The translations under genes were made by a program, and so were the position numbers. DNA of 64,000 nucleotides from a virus (lineage: Duplodnaviria; Caudoviricetes). Every line of letters starts with the position of its first letter. The first letter of the stretch is position 1. The stretch lies in IMG/VR virus record IMGVR_UViG_3300017987_005501; one strand, given 5' to 3'. Positions 17,256 through 27,090 of this stretch are shown here, piece by piece. Below the pieces are notes generated by a model, which was not told the origin of the DNA, ran no database searches, and saw only the letters and a list, made by a program, of their open reading frames with translations.

Positions 17256-18812
17256 ATGAGTCATTTCTTTAATATTAAGAAGAAAGATATTGGGTACAGC
17301 CGGTTTGGAGAAATTGAATGTGTACACGAAAATGTAATTACCCCTTGTTATATTCCCGTTGTACCTTTTTTAGACTCTTCGGACGATTCAATCAGGACTG
17401 AAAATATAACAAAAAGTTTTCCCAAGAAGCCGGGTTTATCCCAGGTTTTGTTGCATAATAAAGATGGGAAGCTAAGTAAAAGCCAAAAAGAAAAGTTATC
17501 GACAAAAATTCATGAAACTCACCCACAATATGAGGGTGCTTTGTTTCTGGATAGTGGAGGGTTTAAGTTAATTAGAATGGATATTGAAGATATGCCTTTT
17601 AAGGAAGTTTTTGATATCCAGAAAGATGTTGGAGGCGACATCTTCTTCACTTTGGATTATCCTATTATTAAGGATATGCCTTTTCCAATGCAGATTAAAA
17701 GGGCTAATAAAAGCCTGGATAACGCCATTAAAGCACTTCAATACCGTAAAGACCTTTGGGGGACTGCAACTGATAAACCTATTGTTTATGTTGCAGTGCA
17801 TGGCACTTCTACGCAGTTTGTTAGGGACTATTTGGAGGAATTCTTCCGCCTCCTTAAAAAACACGATCTAGAAGATGTTCCATTTGGTTTCGCTCATGGG
17901 TCCTTGGTCCCCTTAAAGCATCGAAGGTATCTAGTATTGGATTTCCTTTACGAGACCAAAATGGTGTTGAAAGAAAAAGACATGTTAGACAAGGTCCCAA
18001 TCCACGCATTTGGGATCTCGGGATCTTTAATTCCTCACCTTGGGCTATTAGGAATTGATACCTTTGATAGTGCCTCTTATTTACTTTCGGCCGGGAACCA
18101 CCAAATCTTTGATCCTGAAACATTAGAGACAATTAGTTTTATGGAAAAAGAAGATTCCGTCGAAAAAGGAAAGTATTGTAAGAGAAGAGGGATCGACCCC
18201 ACGAAGTTTAAGAATCTAAAAGAAGCGTGGGGCTGTGATTGTATGTGGTGCGAGAAAGTAAAAAATGCATATCCTCCTGCGAAGGAAAATCTTGTTGATT
18301 TCGCACGAATTATCCAAAGAGTTGTGCCTCAAGAAGGGGGTTGGAGAGAGGATAAGGATTTCTTACAATATCTAAAAGACCGAAATTTCGCATTTATGGA
18401 CTATTTATATGTTCATATGATTTGTCACAACCTGACAGTCACTAATAATCTTGTTTCTAAAATGCATGAACATCTTAGGGCTGGGACATATGAAGGATTT
18501 TTCTTTGACTTCCTTAATAAAGTCCACCAAGGGAATTCTAAAAAACAAGTTAAGCAGATAAGATTCCTCAATTCTATTTTGAAGGACCAACCAAAATTTT
18601 ATGATCTAGCAGCAAAACACGTTCCCCAAATTAAAGGTAGGGAGCTACTAGAAACTAACTCATCTCCTAAGAGACCAAAACTCGTGGACTTTAAAATGGA
18701 CACTTCTGGAATCGGTTTGCACCCAGGGAAACATAAAAAAGCGGAGAAGAAAATTGCAGCAGAGAGAAGAATGAAAAAGGAGCAAACCTATTTTGAAGAT
18801 GACCTTCTTTAA
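17256..18812 (+). CDS. TGT-family guanine transglycosylase with archaeal-type pocket; candidate DNA-modifying DpdA
   Basis: RFGEI...TPCYIPV, LDSGGF, TLDYP, VHG, GSLVPL, IHAFG, GIDTFDS, CDCMWC...HN zinc motif. Confidence 0.85.
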   Translation: MSHFFNIKKKDIGYSRFGEIECVHENVITPCYIPVVPFLDSSDDSIRTENITKSFPKKPGLSQVLLHNKDGKLSKSQKEKLSTKIHETHPQYEGALFLDSGGFKLIRMDIEDMPFKEVFDIQKDVGGDIFFTLDYPIIKDMPFPMQIKRANKSLDNAIKALQYRKDLWGTATDKPIVYVAVHGTSTQFVRDYLEEFFRLLKKHDLEDVPFGFAHGSLVPLKHRRYLVLDFLYETKMVLKEKDMLDKVPIHAFGISGSLIPHLGLLGIDTFDSASYLLSAGNHQIFDPETLETISFMEKEDSVEKGKYCKRRGIDPTKFKNLKEAWGCDCMWCEKVKNAYPPAKENLVDFARIIQRVVPQEGGWREDKDFLQYLKDRNFAFMDYLYVHMICHNLTVTNNLVSKMHEHLRAGTYEGFFFDFLNKVHQGNSKKQVKQIRFLNSILKDQPKFYDLAAKHVPQIKGRELLETNSSPKRPKLVDFKMDTSGIGLHPGKHKKAEKKIAAERRMKKEQTYFEDDLL

Positions 18813-18881
18813 AAAGGAGTTAATAGCCCAGATCATACTTAGATTATGGGCTATTTCTCTGTAATAAAAAGAAAAAGATTT

Positions 18882-19802
18882 ATGTCTACCCTAGAATTAA
18901 ATACAGAACAATTTGATTTAAGAGTTCTTGAAAAACTTTTCGAAGAGGAGCCTTACCCTAATAGTGTGATCCTCGTAGGAAAAAAAGGGGTAGGAAAAAA
19001 AACTCTTGCAAAAAAGATTTGTTATCAGGTAAACAAGGAGAACCCTAAAGTCTTAAAAGGGAATTTTCCAGATTTACATTGTTATGGCCCTACCTTTAGC
19101 GGGAAAAATGTTTTCCAAAAAGCAGAGATCGAGGAAATTATTGAAAAAAGCTATATAAGGCCCATAGAAGGCCCTTATAAAGTATTTATAATGGACCAAA
19201 TAACCACTTTTTCTTGGGGAGCGGGAGAAGCCTTTCTTAAAGTATTAGAGGAGCCCCCACCGAAAAATTTATATATTATGACAGCTGATTCATTATCCGG
19301 GATAATCCCTACGATTAAATCCCGTGCGATTAATATTAAGATTAAGGACTTACCTTCTCAGGAAATTATTCCAATTCTTAAAAATAGATACCCTGATAGC
19401 GATAAATTAGAAATTATTTCGAAATTATCAAATGGAAGTATTGGAACGGCGATTGATATTGTTAACCATAATTTATTAAGAATTCGGAATAAATTAAACG
19501 AACTATTGAAATCCCCAAATATTCTGCCTTATGATCTTATCAATACAACTCAGTGGTCTGAATTTCCAGAGGATTGGGAACAAAAAGATAAGGTTAAATT
19601 AATCCTACATTTCTTAAAAACATTTTGCGTAGACTCGCACAGGCCCTTTATTAATTCTGATTTAGAAGACATAAATATTCCTAACGTGGGAAAAATTATT
19701 AATCTAATATATCTGTTTGAGACAAAATTTCATCACGAGTATAATTTTCAAGTTCATTTATTATCCTTTTGGATGGATCTGCATTATTTATTAAAATTAT
19801 GA
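18882..19802 (+). CDS. Clamp loader delta-prime (HolB)-like subunit
   Basis: GKKGVGKKT, FPDLH, YKVFIMDQ, AFLKVLEEPP and PTIKSRA motifs. Confidence 0.8.
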   Translation: MSTLELNTEQFDLRVLEKLFEEEPYPNSVILVGKKGVGKKTLAKKICYQVNKENPKVLKGNFPDLHCYGPTFSGKNVFQKAEIEEIIEKSYIRPIEGPYKVFIMDQITTFSWGAGEAFLKVLEEPPPKNLYIMTADSLSGIIPTIKSRAINIKIKDLPSQEIIPILKNRYPDSDKLEIISKLSNGSIGTAIDIVNHNLLRIRNKLNELLKSPNILPYDLINTTQWSEFPEDWEQKDKVKLILHFLKTFCVDSHRPFINSDLEDINIPNVGKIINLIYLFETKFHHEYNFQVHLLSFWMDLHYLLKL

Positions 19803-20794
19803 GTTATAAGACATTTGAAAAGAATTTAAAAGCATTTCGGGATAACAAAAAGAAGAGTCTTTTCGCTGTTTGTGGAGAAGAATCCTATTTTCGTGAGTTA
19901 TATATTCAAGTCATTCGAAATTTATACGAAGACTTGCCCACACAGCGAATAAATGCTGAAAAAGTTTCCGAATCGGAACTTATTTCAAGTTTTGAGTCCG
20001 ATGACTTGTTATCAGATACGAGTTTCCTGGAAATAACCAATATCGAAAAAATAAAAAATTGTGAAAAAATTCTAAAAAAATTCCTGGATAGCCCTGAAGG
20101 CCTTGTTGTTTTATTCATATCCGAAAAGAATAATAAGAAAAACAAGATTTATAAGGTTTTAAGTGGCCATAAAAATGTTTTGTACCTCCCGGCAGAAAGT
20201 TTAACCCTTTATAACGATGATGTTGATTTATTTATCGATCGACTTTGCACTGTTAAACGATTCAAAATAGAATCGAAAGCAAAGAAAATTATCAAAGAAT
20301 ACTATGGGGCAAACTTATACGCGATTGCGAATGAATTGGAAAAATTATTCATTTTTTGTGAAGAGAAAAAATCTATTAATCTTGAGGATACATTAAGAAC
20401 GGTCACACAGTTAGAGCGTGACAACGTCTTCGAGATTGTTGATTACATTTTAAAAGCAGACCTACAGCAGGCATTAAAAAAGACAACAAGTCTTTTTAAC
20501 TTTGAGTCAAACGCTGAAATGATGATTACGTATACTTTGGGAAAACATCTTGAAAAAATAGTGGTTGTAAAATCCTTATTGAAGAAGACGGCAGACGTTG
20601 GGGAAATTGCTAAGACTCTAAACCTCTCCCCATTTATTTTAAAAAAGCAGTATATTCCAGCTGCAAAAAAATTGAAACTCAGTAAAATTCGTGAAATCAT
20701 AAGGGAGTTGTCAAACTTGGACATCCAATTTAAATCAATGAGGTATTCTCATCAAGTCTTGATGGAGAATTTCTTAACTAAAATTTGTAGGTAA
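19799..20794 (+). CDS. Clamp loader delta (HolA)-like subunit
   Basis: CGEESYF, YGANLYAIANELEKL, DNVFEIVD and D...K terminal helices. ATGA coupling to holB. Confidence 0.75.
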   Translation: MSYKTFEKNLKAFRDNKKKSLFAVCGEESYFRELYIQVIRNLYEDLPTQRINAEKVSESELISSFESDDLLSDTSFLEITNIEKIKNCEKILKKFLDSPEGLVVLFISEKNNKKNKIYKVLSGHKNVLYLPAESLTLYNDDVDLFIDRLCTVKRFKIESKAKKIIKEYYGANLYAIANELEKLFIFCEEKKSINLEDTLRTVTQLERDNVFEIVDYILKADLQQALKKTTSLFNFESNAEMMITYTLGKHLEKIVVVKSLLKKTADVGEIAKTLNLSPFILKKQYIPAAKKLKLSKIREIIRELSNLDIQFKSMRYSHQVLMENFLTKICR

Positions 20795-20828
20795 ATAGAA
20801 TAAGCTCGAAGAGAAGAGAGGTTATATC

Positions 20829-23800
20829 ATGCAGACATCGACAGCAGTAATCCAGGATTCCATATTCAGTACCCAAATGGCTTATGAAAATTGGATAAGC
20901 AAATACCGGTATAAACAAGAAAACCCAATCGATACTTTTAGAAGAGTTGCAAAAGAGTTAGCAAAAATAGAAGCTCCAGATAAAAGAGAATATTGGGAAG
21001 ATAAATTTTTCCATGCAATGGTTAAAGTGGAAAACGGAATAGCAGTCGGGCTAAAATGTACTCCTGGCGGAAGAATCACATCAAACGCAGGAGCGAAAGA
21101 TAAAAATAAGGGAGGAAAAGCAACCCTTTTTAATTGTTTTATTAATGGCCCCGTAACAAACGCAAATATTAATTATTCAAAGGATATCCAGAACGAAAAG
21201 GTAGCATTTAAACTTAAGACCTCCGATTCCCCGGATGACCTTAATAATATTTTTCTAACTATCCTAGAGCAAGCAAAAACACTTGCATCCGAAGGTGGTT
21301 ATGGAATTAATTTTGATTTTATTCGTCCTCGAGGTTCTGTTATTAAGGGAACGAAAATTAAGCATCCTGGAGTCTTATCCTATATGAATGTTTGGGATAC
21401 GGTTGCAGCGATGATTATCAAGGGGGATAACGATGGCTATGCTGATACCCTCAAAAATTATTTAACGGAAGAAGAACAAGAACGCTGGGAAGCGGAATTT
21501 GAAAACTTAAAGAGGGCACCTCGCAAAGGTGCTATGATGGGATGTTTAACCGTATCACACCCTGATATCGAAGAGTTTGTGCGTGCCAAACAAACTCCAG
21601 GAGTTTTGACAAAGTTTAACATCTCAGTTGTTGTAACAGATGAGTTTATGACAGCAGTTGCAGAAGACAACCTTTTCGAATTAAAATTTAATGGTAAAGT
21701 TTATAAAAGAATCAAAGCTCGCGACCTTTTTGACCTCATTATGAAAAGTACCTATAACCGGGCAGAACCAGGGATTCTTTTCTACGATAATATGCAGAGA
21801 AATAACCCGATTAGTTACCTAGGAAAGGTTAATGCAACGAACCCGTGTTTTACTGGGGAAATGCGTCTTCATACCAACAAAGGGCTTATAACATTTAAGC
21901 AGCTGCATGAGAATGGGAAGAAAAATATCGTTGTCGTAGACGAAAGAGTTTATGACGAAGGTAAAATCGATACTGAAAATTTAGGAACTTCCTTAAAAAG
22001 GGCATCGGAAGTTGTACTAACGGAGAAAAAAGCTAAAATTTTAAGGATTACAACTTTGGATGGCCGAGAACTTAGAGTTACCCCCTACCATAGATTCCCT
22101 ACCCTTACGGGATTTAAGGAAGCTAAAGACCTATCAATCAACGATCCTATTTATTTGCAATCGGAGGAGGGGCGATGGGGGAAAAAAGGATCCTTTGAGT
22201 ATGGGATTTTAGTGGGGCTACTTACTGGGGATGGCACTTTCTCCCAAGACATTGATTATAGAACTGAAAGTAATTATTCCTCGGACCGTGCAATTATTTC
22301 CTTATGGAACGAGGATACGGACACTATTAATCGGGTTCGGGGTTTCCTTAAAGTTCTGTTTAATAAGGAGTTGAAAGGAAATCTTAAAAAGAATGCTTCT
22401 ATTAATGGGTATTCAAGATTTAATTTCTCCTCAAATCTTCTTTACTCAAAAATTAAATTAGACCTGGATGAAGAAAATCCAAGACTTATTAAAGCTCGGG
22501 TTCCAGATTTCGTTTTCAAGGGAAGTCGCGAGATGATCGTGGGATACCTCCAAGGTTTATTTTATGCAGATGGTAGTGTGAATTTTAGCGATAAAAAAAG
22601 AGATTTAACACTTCGGCTTGCTCAAAGCAATAAAAAGCTTTTACAAGATGTCCAAAATTTACTTTCTAGTTTTGGCATTAACGCAAAGCTACGAAAAGCC
22701 CGAGACGAAAACGAAACAATGCTTCCTGATGGAAGAGGGGGTTATAAGGCATATTCCTGTAAAGCTAATTATGAGCTTATTCTAAATAGGTTTAACACCA
22801 TAAGGTTTAAGGAAAGAATTGGCTTATTCGGAAAAGCAAAAAATAAGAAATTAGATAATGCTTTACAAACATTCCAAAAAAACCCATATAAAGAAAAATT
22901 TGAAACGAAAATTATTTCAATCGAAGAAGATGGGGAAGAGGACGTTTATTGCCTAAACCAACCAGAAAACGAGTCCATTATTGTAAATGGAGTTTTAACT
23001 GGAAATTGCGGAGAGATTCCGGGAAATCCAACTATCTCAACAACTTGTTTATTAGGGAACTTAAACCTAACTGCCTATGTGAGAAAAGATAGAACATTCG
23101 ATTATGAGTCTTTTAAGGAAGACGTAAAAACATTTGCTAGGTTATTGGATAATGTAAATGATATTTCTTTTTTGCCTCTTTCAAGATATGAAAATGCTGT
23201 TAAGTCATTAAGGCAATATGGAATGGGTCTAAATGGTCTTGGTTCTGCCTTAATCATGATGGGAATCCCCTATAATTCCCCGGAAGGAATTGCTTTTGCC
23301 GAAGAATTGGCATATCTTAAAGAAAATATTACGATGCAAACCAGTGCCTTACTCGCAAAAGAAAAAGGCGCTTTTCCTTATTATTGTGAGGATTTTCTAG
23401 ATACGGATTATTTTAAGTCTGATAGGCTAACAAGCGAAACAAAGGCTTTAGTTAAAAAGTATGGAGTTAGAAACGCAAAAACAACAACGAACCCACCCAA
23501 TGGAAATACTTCCATTATCTGTGATATTGTCTCAAACGGAATTGAACCTGTGTTCATGCTTGAATACGAGCGATTTAGAATGGCGGACGACTGGCCAGAA
23601 GGATTAAATCTCGATAATGTTAAAACTTTACTGGATGAAATCAAGATTGGAGATGCTATTGCTTGGAGAGGAAAATATAAAGGATCTGAATATTATTTCG
23701 AGCCCCAAAATAGAGGTCTTTGTATTGTAGAACCAGTCCGAGACTATGGGTATCAGTGGGTTCTAGATAATTATCCAGACGACAAAAAGAAAAAGTACCT

Positions 23801-24581
23801 AGTAACAACAGAAAAATTAAAGGTTGAAGATCATATTAGTATGCAAGCTGCCGTTCAATATTATTGTAACCAGTCAATCTCAAAAACAATTAACCTTCCG
23901 AACGACTATAAATTTGAAAATTTTAAGAAAGTTTACGTTAAAGGTTGGGAGGCTGGATTATTGGGAGTTACAACCTATAGAGCGGGTACGATGGAAGCTG
24001 TTATCAAGGAAAAAGACAAGAAAGAAGAAGAAAAGGTTATGTGGGATAGTGTAAAACTTCCCAAGAAATTCCTAAATGGGGCAACACACGTAATTAAACG
24101 TGAAGGAATGAAATTTTATATTCATTTTTCTTTCCTCCCTGCGGATGTTGAGAATAAAAAACCTGTTGCAATCTGGATTAACTCTAACCATAAACCAAAA
24201 CACGAGTCGGCACAAACAAGAAAGATGATTAGTATTATCGCAGATTTATGTAAGGAAAAGGGAGTAAATCCAGATATTGTTGATCAGTACATGGAAAAAA
24301 TTATGAAAAATGATTTACATGTGCGTCTTGCTAAAATCGCGTCTCTTGCTTTAAGACATAACGTAACTCCTAAGGAGATTGTCGAAACATCTAGAGATAT
24401 CCCTAACTTAGACGTAACAACTTTAGTTTATGCCGTAAGAAAATTCCTTAGCGCACATATTAAAAATGGAACTCCAGTCCAAGATAAGGTTTGCGAAAAT
24501 AAAAAATGTAAATCAACAAACCTTATTTATGAGAGTGGCTGTATTAAATGTCTAGATTGTGGAACTTCCGGTTGCGATTAA
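20829..24581 (+). CDS. nrdJ: Class II (B12-dependent) ribonucleotide reductase with intein
   Basis: TPGGR, LFNC, EGGYG, RPRGS, HPDIEEF, KFNISV, NP/CGE, PNGNTS, SNGIEP and TTYRAG motifs, C-terminal Zn ribbon. No nrdB nearby. Confidence 0.88.
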   Translation: MQTSTAVIQDSIFSTQMAYENWISKYRYKQENPIDTFRRVAKELAKIEAPDKREYWEDKFFHAMVKVENGIAVGLKCTPGGRITSNAGAKDKNKGGKATLFNCFINGPVTNANINYSKDIQNEKVAFKLKTSDSPDDLNNIFLTILEQAKTLASEGGYGINFDFIRPRGSVIKGTKIKHPGVLSYMNVWDTVAAMIIKGDNDGYADTLKNYLTEEEQERWEAEFENLKRAPRKGAMMGCLTVSHPDIEEFVRAKQTPGVLTKFNISVVVTDEFMTAVAEDNLFELKFNGKVYKRIKARDLFDLIMKSTYNRAEPGILFYDNMQRNNPISYLGKVNATNPCFTGEMRLHTNKGLITFKQLHENGKKNIVVVDERVYDEGKIDTENLGTSLKRASEVVLTEKKAKILRITTLDGRELRVTPYHRFPTLTGFKEAKDLSINDPIYLQSEEGRWGKKGSFEYGILVGLLTGDGTFSQDIDYRTESNYSSDRAIISLWNEDTDTINRVRGFLKVLFNKELKGNLKKNASINGYSRFNFSSNLLYSKIKLDLDEENPRLIKARVPDFVFKGSREMIVGYLQGLFYADGSVNFSDKKRDLTLRLAQSNKKLLQDVQNLLSSFGINAKLRKARDENETMLPDGRGGYKAYSCKANYELILNRFNTIRFKERIGLFGKAKNKKLDNALQTFQKNPYKEKFETKIISIEEDGEEDVYCLNQPENESIIVNGVLTGNCGEIPGNPTISTTCLLGNLNLTAYVRKDRTFDYESFKEDVKTFARLLDNVNDISFLPLSRYENAVKSLRQYGMGLNGLGSALIMMGIPYNSPEGIAFAEELAYLKENITMQTSALLAKEKGAFPYYCEDFLDTDYFKSDRLTSETKALVKKYGVRNAKTTTNPPNGNTSIICDIVSNGIEPVFMLEYERFRMADDWPEGLNLDNVKTLLDEIKIGDAIAWRGKYKGSEYYFEPQNRGLCIVEPVRDYGYQWVLDNYPDDKKKKYLVTTEKLKVEDHISMQAAVQYYCNQSISKTINLPNDYKFENFKKVYVKGWEAGLLGVTTYRAGTMEAVIKEKDKKEEEKVMWDSVKLPKKFLNGATHVIKREGMKFYIHFSFLPADVENKKPVAIWINSNHKPKHESAQTRKMISIIADLCKEKGVNPDIVDQYMEKIMKNDLHVRLAKIASLALRHNVTPKEIVETSRDIPNLDVTTLVYAVRKFLSAHIKNGTPVQDKVCENKKCKSTNLIYESGCIKCLDCGTSGCD
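21846..23006 (+). mobile_element. 387-aa intein with LAGLIDADG homing endonuclease at the RNR active-site cysteine
   Basis: Starts CFTGE after NP, ends VLTGN before CGE. Endonuclease motifs VGLLTGDG and LQGLFYADG. Confidence 0.93.
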
Positions 24582-24605
24582 ATAATTAAAATAAACTGGA
24601 ACTAA

Positions 24606-24631
24606 AAAAGCCCAACCCCTTTTGGGCTTTT
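24606..24631 (+). terminator. Rho-independent terminator after nrdJ
   Basis: AAAAGCCCAA / TTGGGCTTTT stem with T-rich tail. Confidence 0.75.
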
Positions 24632-24689
24632 GCCTTTTTAAAAGTAATTTGAATTCCTCCTATTGTATTATTATAGAAAAGGGGGAAAA

Positions 24690-25508
24690 ATGCATAAGAA
24701 ATACGCAAAAGAAAACCTTCCTAGCTTTATAATTATTGGGGCACAGAAAGCGGGGACAACTTCTTTATATAACGATATAACACAACACCCAAAAATTTTT
24801 AGGGCGAAGGATAAGGAACCTTCTTATTTCAATGTTTTTTATGATAAAGGTCTAGACTGGTATAAGTCTTTTTTTAAAAATAGAAAACCAACAAAAGTTC
24901 CCGATATAAGAAATGGGGGGATCATGGATCCTCTTAGATATGGGAGCCGGGACCAAATTACAGGGGAAGCAACTCCTCTATATTTAACGGATGAAGTTCA
25001 AACAAGAATTAAAGACTTAATCCCTCACGTTAAAATAATAGCCCTCCTTAGAGACCCTATTAAAAGAGCTTGGTCCGGGTATCAACATAATAGATATTAT
25101 CGCCCGAAATCTGAAAATAGGGACTTTTTAACTGCGGTTTCCTGGGAACTTCCCGACACCTATTTAGAGGAAAAAAAGAATTTCAAGGGAAGAAAATTCC
25201 CCTATCTCTCAACGGGACTCTATGCCGAACATCTAAAAAGATGGTACCAAGTTTTCGATAAGGAACAAATCTTAGTTATTGACAGCGAGCGTTATTTTAA
25301 GAATAGGCTTAAATGTTGTCATCTAGTTCTCGAATTTTTAGGTCTCGAAAAATTTAATCCCATGATTGGGTTCCATCACATGAAGGGGAAGGGGCCTCAA
25401 ATAAATCAAGAAGACTATTTGAAATTAAAAAACTTTTATATAGAGGCTAATAAAGAATTAAAAACTCTTATTGGGGAATTTAGCTGGATGAAAAATTATG
25501 AACATTAA
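24690..25508 (+). CDS. PAPS-dependent sulfotransferase (heparan-sulfate O-sulfotransferase-like family)
   Basis: 5'-PSB IIGAQKAGTTSL, GEATPLY, 3'-PB LRDPIKRAWSGY. Confidence 0.88.
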   Translation: MHKKYAKENLPSFIIIGAQKAGTTSLYNDITQHPKIFRAKDKEPSYFNVFYDKGLDWYKSFFKNRKPTKVPDIRNGGIMDPLRYGSRDQITGEATPLYLTDEVQTRIKDLIPHVKIIALLRDPIKRAWSGYQHNRYYRPKSENRDFLTAVSWELPDTYLEEKKNFKGRKFPYLSTGLYAEHLKRWYQVFDKEQILVIDSERYFKNRLKCCHLVLEFLGLEKFNPMIGFHHMKGKGPQINQEDYLKLKNFYIEANKELKTLIGEFSWMKNYEH

Positions 25509-26196
25509 TCTTGACGATTATTCATTTGTTACTAATTGCAGCCCTCTATGGGGTAGAAAATATAATAATTGGCTATTATATAAGAGAGAGTCCAAGTTAA
25601 TAGAAACATCCTATTTAGTTCACCCAGAAACGCAAGAGCATACCCCAGTTAAGTTAGTTCAAAAAGAATATGCTTTTAAATGGAACCTTCCTGCAAAATT
25701 TGTTATCGAGGAAGATTGGATTATTGAATTTTCTGACGAAAAAAGAAAACTTGGGCTATACAGATTTCCGTTAATGAAAGAAGGAAAAACTTTTAAGGAG
25801 CAATCTGATATTCTTTATAATGTTTCTCCCGAAGACGTGGACAAGGTCGCCCCTGGGTTTGATTTTGATTTTACAAATACAAAAGTTGTGTCCTTTGACA
25901 TTAACAAAATAAAAGCAATCTGCTTTGAATTAAAAGAAATCCCAGAAACGGAACTAAAACGGGTTGAAAAAGAATGGAAAGAAATTAGCAAAAAACAAAT
26001 TATGATAGAAGAGGAATTAGGTTCAGTTAGCTTATTAATGGAATCTAATTATGAAGCGCAAATCAACACAGCTAAAAAAGTTGCGGCTCTTCAACCCCGC
26101 TACGAGGACATCCTAAGAGACCTCTTATTGAGTAAAATTAACATTGACAACGCAAGCGAATTAACGGATAACATTATTACCAAAGAAATTTTATAA
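25498..26196 (+). CDS. Hypothetical protein
   Basis: 232 aa ORF, coupled to neighbours. Confidence 0.6.
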   Translation: MNINLDDYSFVTNCSPLWGRKYNNWLLYKRESKLIETSYLVHPETQEHTPVKLVQKEYAFKWNLPAKFVIEEDWIIEFSDEKRKLGLYRFPLMKEGKTFKEQSDILYNVSPEDVDKVAPGFDFDFTNTKVVSFDINKIKAICFELKEIPETELKRVEKEWKEISKKQIMIEEELGSVSLLMESNYEAQINTAKKVAALQPRYEDILRDLLLSKINIDNASELTDNIITKEIL

Positions 26197-26564
26197 TGCC
26201 AAAAAATCTAATCTTGTTATATAAGGATTTAGACCTAGAGCTTTATTCAATAAAAGGGATTCCCAAAGATATAAAAAATGTTTCTTTAGATGCCCTTGCC
26301 TCCGTGGTAATTCGGCATTGCTCGTTTAGTTTAGGAGAAGATGCCCCGGAGTTATCAAATATAATAATAGCAGAAGACCCAACAAAAGAAGAAATTAAAG
26401 AGGTTCATAAAATTTATAAACAGATTTTACAAGTAAAAATAGATAGCGGATATCTCGCAGTAAATTTAAGCGGAAGGGAGTTTGACAGTGGAGAATCTTC
26501 TCACGAAAAAAGAAGCGAAACTATTAGCGAAAATCTACCGGAAAATGCCGGATTTGAGCCTTAG
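26196..26564 (+). CDS. Hypothetical protein
   Basis: 122 aa ORF with TAATG coupling. Confidence 0.55.
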   Translation: MPKNLILLYKDLDLELYSIKGIPKDIKNVSLDALASVVIRHCSFSLGEDAPELSNIIIAEDPTKEEIKEVHKIYKQILQVKIDSGYLAVNLSGREFDSGESSHEKRSETISENLPENAGFEP

Positions 26565-27090
26565 CTGCCCGGCAGAGGAAGGCACAAAGAAGATTCTTCA
26601 GCTTGGGGAAGAGGAAATTCCTCCATGTAAAAAACATTGCTGTAATAGCCAAATTTTATTAACTTTTATTGAGTTTGCTTATGCCTTTGACTACGTGAGG
26701 AACCTATTACAGAGTTATCCGGACATACTAAATGATATCTTGAATAGCTCAAATGAGCCCTATTGTATTTTCTTAAGCGACGAAAAACGTTGTTTAGTTT
26801 ACGAAGCTCGCCCCTATGCCTGTAGATGCTTTCACCGCACAGACTTAAAAAACCCAGATAAATGTGAAGTGAAACATCTTAATAAGACTGCAAAAAATAT
26901 CGATCGATTAAATAGGGCAGTTAAACAACAAACAAAAGAAGTCGTTAATCTTTTAGATAAGGGCACGAAAAAGAAGATTGGGACGAAAGAAATGATTTTA
27001 AACTATTCTTCCCCCCAGGTGCAGGCAACTTTTGAGGGGTGGATTGCTCTTTTGGGGAAGGTTATAGAGGAACAAAAAGAATGCAGCTAG
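26488..27090 (+). CDS. YkgJ-family cysteine-cluster (Fe-S/Zn) protein
   Basis: C...CKKHCC...CIFL...CLVYEARPYACRCF. Confidence 0.8.
   Translation: MENLLTKKEAKLLAKIYRKMPDLSLSCPAEEGTKKILQLGEEEIPPCKKHCCNSQILLTFIEFAYAFDYVRNLLQSYPDILNDILNSSNEPYCIFLSDEKRCLVYEARPYACRCFHRTDLKNPDKCEVKHLNKTAKNIDRLNRAVKQQTKEVVNLLDKGTKKKIGTKEMILNYSSPQVQATFEGWIALLGKVIEEQKECS

Noticed and set aside
20829-24581. Class I (NrdA) assignment
   Set aside because: No ATP cone, no adjacent NrdB, and a C-terminal Zn-ribbon domain typical of class II.
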